Below are positions 47,513 through 55,089 of a stretch of 64,000 nt of DNA, piece after piece. The DNA is taken from IMG/VR virus record IMGVR_UViG_3300002350_000001; one strand, given 5' to 3'. Position numbers and translations under genes: made by a program. Within the stretch, counting starts at the first letter, position 1. Each line of letters opens with the position of its first letter. This DNA is from a virus. Under the pieces are notes generated by a model that saw only the letters and a program-made list of their open reading frames with translations, had not been told where the DNA came from and made no database searches.

Positions 47513-48529
47513 ATGGCACATGAACTAGAAACCCAAAATGGCGTTGCCTCATTCGCATCATTCCGTGAACCTGCTTGGCATGGTTTAGGAACTGTATTCA
47601 CAGAAGAAAAAACAACAACAGAAATGTTGTCTGCTGCTAATCTATCTAATTGGAATGTTCGTCTTGAAGACGTAAATATTCCATCTCACTTATCATCAGA
47701 TAAGAATTACCAATATGTTGTTCGTACTAATCCTACTGACAATTCCCAGACAGACATTTTAGGTGTTGTCGGTGAGCGTTACCATGTTTTGCAGAATGAG
47801 GATTTATTCTCATTTGGTGATAACATTCTTGACGGTGGAGGTCGTTGGGAAACTGCTGGCTCTATTCGTGGAGGTCGTGTAGTATTTGGTTCTCTTGCTC
47901 TTGAACGTGAGACAGTACTAGACCCTAGCGGTGTTGCAGATAAGGTAAAAACTTATTTGCTCATTAACACATCACATGATGGCTCAATCGCTATTCAAGC
48001 AAGCATTACACCTGTTCGTGTAGTGTGCGCTAACACTCTCAATCTTGCTTTAGGCTCTAAGCGTGGCAAGAACGCTATCAAGCAATCTTTCAAAATCCGT
48101 CATACTCAGACGGCTAATGGTAAGGTTCAAATTGCTCGTGAGACTTTAGGTCTTGCTAATAAATACATGGACGCTTTTGATGTTATGGCTAAGGCTATGA
48201 TTGAAAAAGAAATCACCGCTGGTCAATTCAATGACATTATTCTTGCTGCTTACCCTAAGCCTGAAAAAGATGCTAAGGGCGCAATCAAGAAGTGGGAAAA
48301 CAAGGTTGATGTTATCAATGACATTTACACAGGCGAATTCAATGGTATGATTGCTAATACCGCTTGGGGTGCTTTCAATGCTCTAACTGAACGCCTTGAT
48401 TGGCACCGCTCTGCTCGTGGTGGGAATAACGAAAGTATTCTTGCTGCTGCTTCTGGTTTTGATGCTACAATTACAGCAGAAAAAAATCGTTTGCTAAAAG
48501 TTGTAAAAGATGTTTTAGCGATAGCGTAA
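47513..48529 (+). CDS. DUF932/DUF945 family phage/plasmid-like protein (338 aa)
   Basis: MAHELE...REPAWHGLG, LGVVGERYHVLQNEDLF, WETAGSIRGGRVVF, NTSHDGS, TPVRVVCANTL, TAWGAFNALTE. Confidence 0.85.
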   Translation: MAHELETQNGVASFASFREPAWHGLGTVFTEEKTTTEMLSAANLSNWNVRLEDVNIPSHLSSDKNYQYVVRTNPTDNSQTDILGVVGERYHVLQNEDLFSFGDNILDGGGRWETAGSIRGGRVVFGSLALERETVLDPSGVADKVKTYLLINTSHDGSIAIQASITPVRVVCANTLNLALGSKRGKNAIKQSFKIRHTQTANGKVQIARETLGLANKYMDAFDVMAKAMIEKEITAGQFNDIILAAYPKPEKDAKGAIKKWENKVDVINDIYTGEFNGMIANTAWGAFNALTERLDWHRSARGGNNESILAAASGFDATITAEKNRLLKVVKDVLAIA

Positions 48530-48540
48530 ATAAATACGCA

Positions 48541-48567
48541 ACTCCTGAGTAAGAGTATAAACTGCTC
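48541..48567 (+). ncRNA. Pseudoknot element, copy 7
   Basis: P1 ACTC/GAGT, P2 GAGTA/TGCTC (U-G wobble); followed by a T-tract. Confidence 0.75.
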
Positions 48568-48700
48568 ACTTTTTTATTTAGATCAAAAGCTGCTAAAAAA
48601 ATTCGAAACCATGATATTTTTTTATATTGTTTAATTACGAACGACTTGCTTTTTTCCCCAGTTTTTGGTATTCTTTATTTACCACAGAAAGGAAAAATAA

Positions 48701-48934
48701 ATGTCTAGTTTTCTAGAAAATGAAAATCAAATGGTTATTGATGCTATCTATCATGAGATTGGAGAAATGCTAGTTGAAGACTGGGTTAACTCCAATTTAG
48801 ATGAAGGGCAGATGTTTGCAGATTTTAGATTTGCAGAGATGTCTGATGATAATTACATTAAGGGTAGATTTAATCTATTCTATGATTTAAAACCAGGGGA
48901 CCAATACTATCTAGAATGGGATGAGGAAGCATAA
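48701..48934 (+). CDS. Acidic early protein (77 aa)
   Basis: GAAAGGA RBS; own promoter. Confidence 0.7.
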   Translation: MSSFLENENQMVIDAIYHEIGEMLVEDWVNSNLDEGQMFADFRFAEMSDDNYIKGRFNLFYDLKPGDQYYLEWDEEA

Positions 48935-49104
48935 TGTTGGGTTATGACTTAGAGGATTTAAACATAATGATGGATTCACTAGCAGAGGTTATTCAGATTG
49001 AAGAATCTTCTCAAACCCCGTCAATTTCTGATAGGAATCTAGGAGGACTTAAAACAAGCTTGTTTTTCTTACAAGGCTTGTGGGCAGAAGGGTATTTTGA
49101 CTGA
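48934..49104 (+). CDS. Micro-ORF (56 aa)
   Basis: MLGYDLEDL...FLQGLWAEGYFD; TAATG overlap with the upstream stop. Confidence 0.6.
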   Translation: MLGYDLEDLNIMMDSLAEVIQIEESSQTPSISDRNLGGLKTSLFFLQGLWAEGYFD

Positions 49105-49206
49105 GGGGCATGTGTCCTAAATCACACCCAAAAGGCTTTACGAACGCTTGACAAAAACCCCCATTTTTTGAGATAATTGCATTACGACCAACAGAAAGGA
49201 CCCTAA

Positions 49207-49959
49207 ATGCCAAATTATTGTTTTAATACCTTGACTATTCAAGGACCGAAAGAACAAGTAGACTCTATTAAGGCTAAGTTAAATGAGCCTTTTCAAAGAC
49301 ATCATGACCAATGGAATACAGAAACTCAGCAAATGGAAATAAAAGAGTATTTCTATAATAATCCTGTGTTTGCATTTTGGAATATTTATAATCCAGTACA
49401 AGACGGTATCTCTAACGAGGTCTACCTAGGTCAGCCTGACCATACTATTCCATTTGCAGAACAAATGAAATTTAAGACTAATGATTGGTATTCATGGAAT
49501 GTCCGTAATTGGGGAACCAAATGGGATGTTGCTGTAGGAGATGAAGATAACTATCCTGATACAGAGTTATTAGAACATATGGATAGAGGAGAAGACCAGT
49601 GGGTTATTTATAAGTTCAATACCGCTTGGTCTCCACCTGCTCCTGCTATGGAGAAGTTGTCTGCTCTAGTTCCTAACTGTGTAGTTACTCTTTCCTTTGA
49701 GGAAGAAACAGGTTGGGGTGGCGAGTATGAGTTTGTCAATGGAGAAATGACTGCAGAATCTAATTATGATTCTAAGTGCCGTGACTGTGATGCAGAAGAC
49801 CAAATGGAATACTGCGAAAACGATTGTGGAGAAATCTGCAGTGCTTGTCATTGGTTAGGTGAGGCAGACCTAGAGTGTGTTGCAGAATGTGATGAGCACA
49901 AGATATACTTGGACGAGGAACATGTACCAGATTACAGAAAGGATGAAATCAATGTCTAA
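49207..49959 (+). CDS. DUF1281/YubB (Api92-like) ferredoxin-fold protein with Cys-rich C-terminus (250 aa)
   Basis: MPNYCFNTLTIQG, WYSWNVRNWGTKWD, FNTAWSPP, FEEETGWGG; CRDC..C...C..C..C tail. Confidence 0.8.
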   Translation: MPNYCFNTLTIQGPKEQVDSIKAKLNEPFQRHHDQWNTETQQMEIKEYFYNNPVFAFWNIYNPVQDGISNEVYLGQPDHTIPFAEQMKFKTNDWYSWNVRNWGTKWDVAVGDEDNYPDTELLEHMDRGEDQWVIYKFNTAWSPPAPAMEKLSALVPNCVVTLSFEEETGWGGEYEFVNGEMTAESNYDSKCRDCDAEDQMEYCENDCGEICSACHWLGEADLECVAECDEHKIYLDEEHVPDYRKDEINV

Positions 49960-50155
49960 TTACTTATTAGAATATATGAAGATACATCTAATTAGTTTAG
50001 AACAAGATTTAGAGAATATAGCCCAAGAAATGGAATTGCTTGACCCTGAATCTAAAGCCTGTAAAGAATTAGACTATGAATATAATCATATGTCAGGACA
50101 GATTCTTTCTACCCGCCATTTTATACAGGTAGGAGAAGAACATGCAGGCAATTAA
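49952..50155 (+). CDS. Coiled-coil early protein (67 aa)
   Basis: GAAAGGA RBS before ATG 49952. Confidence 0.65.
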   Translation: MSNYLLEYMKIHLISLEQDLENIAQEMELLDPESKACKELDYEYNHMSGQILSTRHFIQVGEEHAGN

Positions 50156-50417
50156 TGAGTTAGAACCATATCTGCAGAAGGCTGTTGACGCTGGCATATC
50201 TGGATTGGATATCATGCACGGTCATCTCAAAACATTAATGCTGGAGGCTGAGCGGGAACTAGAAGAGGCAAGCCGCATTGAGATTGAGAACGACTATTCA
50301 GACGCAATAGAATCCATGGAGCGTAAATACTGGGAAGGCCAATGTGACGCTCTTTCACACCTATATGCATTAACATATCAACTATCATTTGCCATAGCAG
50401 AAAGGGACGGGCAATGA
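50142..50417 (+). CDS. Early hypothetical protein (91 aa)
   Basis: AGGAG RBS. Confidence 0.65.
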   Translation: MQAINELEPYLQKAVDAGISGLDIMHGHLKTLMLEAERELEEASRIEIENDYSDAIESMERKYWEGQCDALSHLYALTYQLSFAIAERDGQ

Positions 50418-50749
50418 GTTTAGATCTACAAGAACAAACACGTATGCTAGATGTATATCGTGATATTGAAGATATCATTGACAGAATTAGTAAACTTCCT
50501 ATTGGAATGCCGCTAGTCTGGGTATATGTCTGGGATGTTGCTCGTCAACTATGGCATGACATCATGGAAGGTCAGGAAGAAGAATTCTGCACAGCCATGG
50601 ATGAAGAAGAGATGTGGGAACTGTTTTGGACCCAGGCTGATAAGAATGGGTTTACTTTAGAATACGGAACAGAGGACCTATATGAGTCTATCCGTGATTG
50701 GATGTTTGACCAGGGTATTATTGAAGAAGTAGAAGAGGAAGAGGAATGA
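50414..50749 (+). CDS. Acidic early protein (111 aa)
   Basis: ATGA overlap; strongly acidic composition. Confidence 0.7.
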   Translation: MSLDLQEQTRMLDVYRDIEDIIDRISKLPIGMPLVWVYVWDVARQLWHDIMEGQEEEFCTAMDEEEMWELFWTQADKNGFTLEYGTEDLYESIRDWMFDQGIIEEVEEEEE

Positions 50750-50816
50750 TGTACGAGCAGTTGACATTAAACTTAGATTTTGATATCATTGAGCAAACTA
50801 TAGAAAGGGAAGAGTA

Positions 50817-51164
50817 ATGGGAGCTCGTTGTACATTTGTATTTAAACAGTCAGAGGAGCAAGCTGTAGCACTATACAGTCATTGGGGTGAAGACTCTATG
50901 TATGAGGACCTAGCAGCAGCATTGCGACATGCAGCACCACGGGTAGGAGACCAATCCTACTACGTAAGAATGGCAGTTAGTTATTTACTGCAGCATAGTA
51001 TTTTGGATGAGACAGGTTATGGCCTATATGCATGTAATCCTAATGACCTAGGTTTCATGGACCATCCAATTGTAATTAATCTATTAGATAGTACAATTCA
51101 AGATGACACTGGAATTCACACTATTGATGAATTTGTTAATTATCATGCAGGCCTAAAGGTTTAG
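50817..51164 (+). CDS. Early hypothetical protein (115 aa)
   Basis: MGAR...LYSHWG motif; own promoter at 50761. Confidence 0.7.
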   Translation: MGARCTFVFKQSEEQAVALYSHWGEDSMYEDLAAALRHAAPRVGDQSYYVRMAVSYLLQHSILDETGYGLYACNPNDLGFMDHPIVINLLDSTIQDDTGIHTIDEFVNYHAGLKV

Positions 51165-51297
51165 TTGAGGGTCCGTGTGGTGAGCGGACTGTATACGTGG
51201 GACGAGGGGTCCTCCCACGACAATAAGGGTGGAGCGCAGGCTGTGGTGGGCTTGCGCTCCCCCAACATCTTTGATACAATAAGAGAGGGTATAAATA

Positions 51298-51537
51298 ATG
51301 ACATACAGGATTAGTAAGGGGATTACCCCCGAAGAGCGAGTAGCCAAAAGACTAAAAACAATTGTAGAAGACTTAGATTTAGACCTAGAACAAACTGGAG
51401 TAATGCTTGCTAGAGTATTGCCACATTTGACTTATACAAGATTAGTCACTATGATAGAAGCGGCACAAGAGGAAAAAGAGTTTATTCTAAACCCTAAGAA
51501 GCGACATGAAAGTTGGATACAAAATGGACTATGGTAA
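51298..51537 (+). CDS. Hypothetical protein (79 aa)
   Basis: TGATACAAT promoter and GAGGG RBS. Confidence 0.7.
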   Translation: MTYRISKGITPEERVAKRLKTIVEDLDLDLEQTGVMLARVLPHLTYTRLVTMIEAAQEEKEFILNPKKRHESWIQNGLW

Positions 51538-51832
51538 GGTAGCAGACATACTAGCAGTAATCTATAATGATGGTGTAGATTTAGAAGCAGTAGAATACCT
51601 GCCTTCTGAGTATTGGTTAGAGTGTGAGGACGGGATAACCCTTGCTACATTTATTTCATCTGGTTGGGCAGAGCCTACCGAAATGGGTAAATCTCAGTTA
51701 GAGTATGCCTGGCGTGTTCTTTGTGCTGCCAGAAGTCTTGACCCTGAAATAATGTATGAAACTCCACTTGAGTTTTTTGAGGCACAGATAGTAGAAGCTG
51801 ATGTTATCCCAATTGAGGAGGGTAGAAAGTAA
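51524..51832 (+). CDS. Hypothetical protein (102 aa)
   Basis: Acidic; resembles 51832..52116 (K..IL..(I/L).......F.....GL.LA). Confidence 0.65.
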   Translation: MDYGKVADILAVIYNDGVDLEAVEYLPSEYWLECEDGITLATFISSGWAEPTEMGKSQLEYAWRVLCAARSLDPEIMYETPLEFFEAQIVEADVIPIEEGRK

Positions 51833-52116
51833 TGCTTGACTATAAAACAAAATGCAATATTCTATCAGATCTATGGGAGAACTATAGAGATGAAGAATCT
51901 TTTATAGATTTTATTGAATATAACGATCTTGGATTACCTATGGCATATATGCTACGGGAAGGTTTAGTCAACGAGGTAACAGAAACAGGACAGTTATATA
52001 TCAATGAGACATTTAATTTATTTATTGCTGCCCTTCAAATTAAAGAAGAAGAAATCAAAGAAGGCACAACATTAGATATCTTATTAGATATGGCTGAGAA
52101 AAAGCAAAACCCATAA
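51832..52116 (+). CDS. Hypothetical protein (94 aa)
   Basis: GAGG RBS; KCNILSDLW..Y....F.DFIEYNDLGLPMAY. Confidence 0.7.
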   Translation: MLDYKTKCNILSDLWENYRDEESFIDFIEYNDLGLPMAYMLREGLVNEVTETGQLYINETFNLFIAALQIKEEEIKEGTTLDILLDMAEKKQNP

Positions 52117-52810
52117 GATTTTTCGACAAACCTTTTAGGAATTTATTAGATTACGAACATCGAATATTTTTCCCATTTTTTTAGATTACGAACAAACAAT
52201 ATTTTTCCCCAAACCCTATATCCAAACATATCTATATCCTTATACCAGGTATACTTCTTATAGTAGTAATTGGTATTCTTTATATACCCCGCCATTTTTG
52301 AAAAAATAAGATTACGAACGAGCTTTTTTAAGCCCAGCATTTTGACGGGCATCTTACCACACGACGGGCGTTTTGTCAAGGGGCGCAAAAAACGGGACGG
52401 TATAAAAAAGATTACAACCAATACCCTATATACAAACACTATATCCTGGATAAAATAGATTACGAAAGCTATAAATTTTTTCCTGGATTTTCCAAATATT
52501 ATCCATATATTTTATAACATTTTGTTATTGTTTTCCACAATTTTGAGCAATTTTTATAACATTTCTATATCAAATATTGAGACATGTTTTGCTCATATTG
52601 TGGGTAAATGGATACTTGACAAACAATTTGATATGTGGTATATGGGGAAATTCCCTGTTTTAAAATTTGGAAAGGGGGTTTTGCCGCTGCAGCATTACGA
52701 ACGCCCCTCTTAAAAGTGGTCCATTCCCCACTATCCTCCACTTTCCTCCATTCATAGAATATAAAATTATCCACAGTAAGATTTAAATGTGGATAAACCT
52801 GTGGATAACT
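52117..52810. other. Non-coding region with DnaA boxes and iteron-like AGATTACGAAC repeats; candidate origin
   Basis: Perfect DnaA boxes at 52767, 52788 and 52800; one-mismatch boxes at 52499, 52531 and 52599; AGATTACGAA(C/A) at 52148, 52183, 52309 and 52457; ATTACGAAC at 52694. Confidence 0.6.
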
Positions 52811-52815
52811 ATGAA

Positions 52816-53448
52816 TTATTGCCTATATTTTTGTCTATTTATTTCCCAATTGTCAATATCTCTTGGTAGATCAAAGTCTTCTGTCCAATCATTTATCTTT
52901 ACTACATCAAAGCTATGCTTGTTAGTTTTTAACTGTTCGTATAAACACCAACCACCAGGTAGATTAAAATAATCAGAAGACTCTATAATAGAGCGTATTG
53001 TATTATCTAGTATAGGTATAGACTTTCCATTAAACCCAATTCCCCATATTTCTTTCCAAGGCTTTCCAGTTATCTCTGAAGCCCTATCCCTAAGATAAAA
53101 TGATAGATCAGATTTATCATTCATTATTGTTTCAACTGCTTCATCTGTAAAATATACATCTGCAAAAACGAGAATATTTCTCTCTGATGACCATATATCC
53201 CTGCTAGACCAAAACTTGGCTACATCTTTCCATGCTTTATCAACAGGGGGGACATAGGTTTGAGCCCCATTTACGGTATCTTCTCCATCATTACACACTA
53301 TAACAATATTATCTGTATACTTAGAAAACTGCCTATAAGTTCTTTCAATTAATACTTCTTCTTCAATTAATAAACGATGCTTGGGGGTTCCCCTATAATT
53401 TCCCCACCTGGTTCCATTTCCTGCAGCTAATATTAAAACCTTTATCAT
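52816..53448 (-). CDS. Sugar/nucleotidyltransferase (NTP_transf-like, 210 aa)
   Basis: VLILAAGNGTRWG, PKHRLLI.EEVLIERT, FADVYF, EDFDLP.D. Confidence 0.8.
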   Translation of the reverse strand: MIKVLILAAGNGTRWGNYRGTPKHRLLIEEEVLIERTYRQFSKYTDNIVIVCNDGEDTVNGAQTYVPPVDKAWKDVAKFWSSRDIWSSERNILVFADVYFTDEAVETIMNDKSDLSFYLRDRASEITGKPWKEIWGIGFNGKSIPILDNTIRSIIESSDYFNLPGGWCLYEQLKTNKHSFDVVKINDWTEDFDLPRDIDNWEINRQKYRQ

Positions 53449-53482
53449 AAATCAAGAATACCATATCTGGTATCATAGATAT

Positions 53483-53638
53483 ATGTATTGTCGTCATGTT
53501 TATGAGTATGTTTATGCAGATATCTGCCCTCATTGTGGGAAAGATACTCATGAAACTGATTGGAAATTTGAAGCAGAATTACATAAAGAGTGGATATCAT
53601 CTGGTAAAGCATCTTCTCAGGGGTGGTGGTCTATCTAA
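53483..53638 (+). CDS. Cys/His micro-protein (51 aa)
   Basis: MYCRHVYEYVYADICPHCG; leaderless promoter. Confidence 0.6.
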   Translation: MYCRHVYEYVYADICPHCGKDTHETDWKFEAELHKEWISSGKASSQGWWSI

Positions 53639-53862
53639 TGCCTAGCCAAGAATCAAAATGGTATAAAGATATAAGACTGATTAAGGCTTTGGACGAAATT
53701 CGTCAGAAGAATCTGGCCTTTATGTCTTATTGTTATTATTGTGACGCTAAGTCCATAGATATAAAAGCAGTCAAAGAAAAGCTATATCCTGTATGTGAAA
53801 AACATGATCAGGAAAATAACATAAATAAACTATTGGAGTCTCAATCCTCATTTGAGGAATAA
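53638..53862 (+). CDS. Hypothetical protein with CxxC...C (74 aa)
   Basis: CYYC...VCEKH; TAATG overlap with the upstream stop. Confidence 0.6.
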   Translation: MPSQESKWYKDIRLIKALDEIRQKNLAFMSYCYYCDAKSIDIKAVKEKLYPVCEKHDQENNINKLLESQSSFEE

Positions 53863-54050
53863 TACGAGGGTAGATCAGTAAAATCCCCATATGCTTCTTC
53901 GCATAATGGGCAATAACTATTAGCAGTATTTGTTTGATCTAGGCTAATCAGCAATAATCCCTTATCCTGCATATCTAATATTTCTGGATCTACTCGTCCA
54001 TGGATTATAGGTATTAATTTAGCTTTACATGTTATACAGTTTGTTATCAT
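53841..54050 (-). CDS. Zn-ribbon micro-protein (69 aa)
   Basis: CITC..LIPIIHG...CPLC; TGCTAAACT promoter. Confidence 0.6.
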   Translation of the reverse strand: MITNCITCKAKLIPIIHGRVDPEILDMQDKGLLLISLDQTNTANSYCPLCEEAYGDFTDLPSYYSSNED

Positions 54051-54126
54051 ACTAGGATAAGTTTAGCATACTTCTATATACCGCCCTGATTTGCATACTG
54101 CCCATATATGCGCTATAATTGATACT

Positions 54127-54199
54127 AGAGACGTTAGCCCTCCCTTTCTGGGGCTATTTCCTCTTCTCCTGAGCATGAGGTTAAAAGGCTCCCTTTCTG
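54127..54199 (+). ncRNA. Candidate small RNA: anti-SD hairpin plus pseudoknot copy 8 (54165-54191)
   Basis: Promoter TTGCAT-17-TATAAT (54091-54119); TAGCCC/GGGCTA stem with loop CCCTTTCT; P1 TCTC/GAGG, P2 GAGC/GCTC; no ORF. Confidence 0.55.
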
Positions 54200-54236
54200 T
54201 ATTGAAATACTGCCCATGTTGTGAGATAATGAATAT

Positions 54237-54425
54237 ATGAGTGATTTAGATGAATTTATGAAAGACCCATGGAAACGATTTAATGAAATGCGTAAAACCC
54301 CACATGAATGTGATTATGACTATAGAATAGACTCATCAGGAACAATGTTTTTTGAAATATGTAAATTATGCTTAGATACAAAAGGGGTCGTTGAAATGAA
54401 TAATAATGAGGAATTAAATGATTAA
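54237..54425 (+). CDS. Cys/His micro-protein (62 aa)
   Basis: HECDY...ICKLC; leaderless promoter. Confidence 0.6.
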   Translation: MSDLDEFMKDPWKRFNEMRKTPHECDYDYRIDSSGTMFFEICKLCLDTKGVVEMNNNEELND

Positions 54426-54531
54426 AAATGAATGTAAAAAATGTGAGATGAGCTTTAAAGATCCTTTATATTGGGATGTTCATCAAACTATGTCAGATAA
54501 TAGTATTTGGTGTGTAGTTAGAAAACCTTAA
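54418..54531 (+). CDS. Micro-ORF with CxxC (37 aa)
   Basis: MIKNECKKCEMSFKDPLYWDVHQ; GAGGA RBS. Confidence 0.5.
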   Translation: MIKNECKKCEMSFKDPLYWDVHQTMSDNSIWCVVRKP

Positions 54532-54630
54532 CCATACCGCCCTGTTTAGGGCATATGTTGGTTTTAGTTTTCTATTTTCCGCCGAACTTAAAAGATTGAC
54601 TTTGGCCTATTTTTTCGCTATACTTGATAT

Positions 54631-54735
54631 ATGGGTAGAGTTGTAATTTGTGACATTTGTAAAAAAGAAATAGAGTTGCGATGGGGCATTTTTGGACATG
54701 ATACTTTATACCGTCATAGAAAGGAACATAAGTGA
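54631..54735 (+). CDS. C2H2-like micro-protein (34 aa)
   Basis: CDIC...HRKEH; TATACT plus 6 nt. Confidence 0.55.
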   Translation: MGRVVICDICKKEIELRWGIFGHDTLYRHRKEHK

Positions 54736-54857
54736 ACGAGCAAGAATTACGTGAACAGATAGCAAAAGAGATTGAAACAATTGAAATTCAAACAAGTATT
54801 ACAAACGCACTAGGTATGCGTATTATGGCTGCAAAAGTTGCAAGAGGAGAAAAATGA
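54732..54857 (+). CDS. Micro-ORF (41 aa)
   Basis: GAAAGGA RBS; GTGA overlap. Confidence 0.5.
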   Translation: MNEQELREQIAKEIETIEIQTSITNALGMRIMAAKVARGEK

Positions 54858-55021
54858 AAAAACAAAAATATTTTACTAAAAACATAAATAATGAGTTGGA
54901 AGTCATTGATGAAGATATTGTTAATGATGTTATTAGGCAATACATTGAGAGAAAGTATATAGGGGTAATAGTACTATCTACCTTTATTATTAGCTTTCTT
55001 CTTGGAGTTATTGCTTCTTGA
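54854..55021 (+). CDS. C-terminal TM micro-protein (55 aa)
   Basis: GAGGAG RBS; hydrophobic C-terminus. Confidence 0.55.
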   Translation: MKKQKYFTKNINNELEVIDEDIVNDVIRQYIERKYIGVIVLSTFIISFLLGVIAS

Positions 55022-55089
55022 CATACCGCCCCACTTATGCTAAACTATTAAAGCAAGGGAATGCGTAACTATACAGAAAAGAGAGAGCA

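Larger units (their letters stand above)
41042..49126. promoter_or_regulatory. Ten CRP/GlxR-type palindromes TGTGA-N6-TCACA
   Basis: Perfect: 41042, 41249, 41985, 46470, 47396. One mismatch: 41161, 41885, 43088, 45366, 49111. Each is 16 bp and intergenic or at a gene end. Confidence 0.8.
40992..50789. promoter_or_regulatory. Array of about 15 sigma70/SigA-type promoters (TTGAYT-17-TGnTAGRMT-like)
   Basis: Given as -35 start to -10 end. Minus strand: 40992-41020, 41111-41139. Plus strand: 41296-41324, 41922-41950, 42032-42060, 43124-43152, 43343-43371, 44384-44412, 45416-45444, 45697-45725, 46505-46533, 47455-47483, 48646-48674, 49148-49177, 50761-50789. Spacers are 17 bp (one 18 bp). Confidence 0.8.

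Noticed and set aside
52146-52972. Track ORFs 52146, 52270, 52522, 52565 and 52787
   Set aside because: No RBS, atypical composition, and they overlap the DnaA-box/repeat region or are antisense to the NTP-transferase; treated as non-coding.
43004-54191. Pseudoknot repeats as a CRISPR array or fluoride riboswitch
   Set aside because: Spacing is irregular (100 to >5,000 bp) with genes between copies, and no cas genes are present. AAACUGC resembles the fluoride riboswitch junction, but the required downstream GCUGAUG...CUAC strand is absent.
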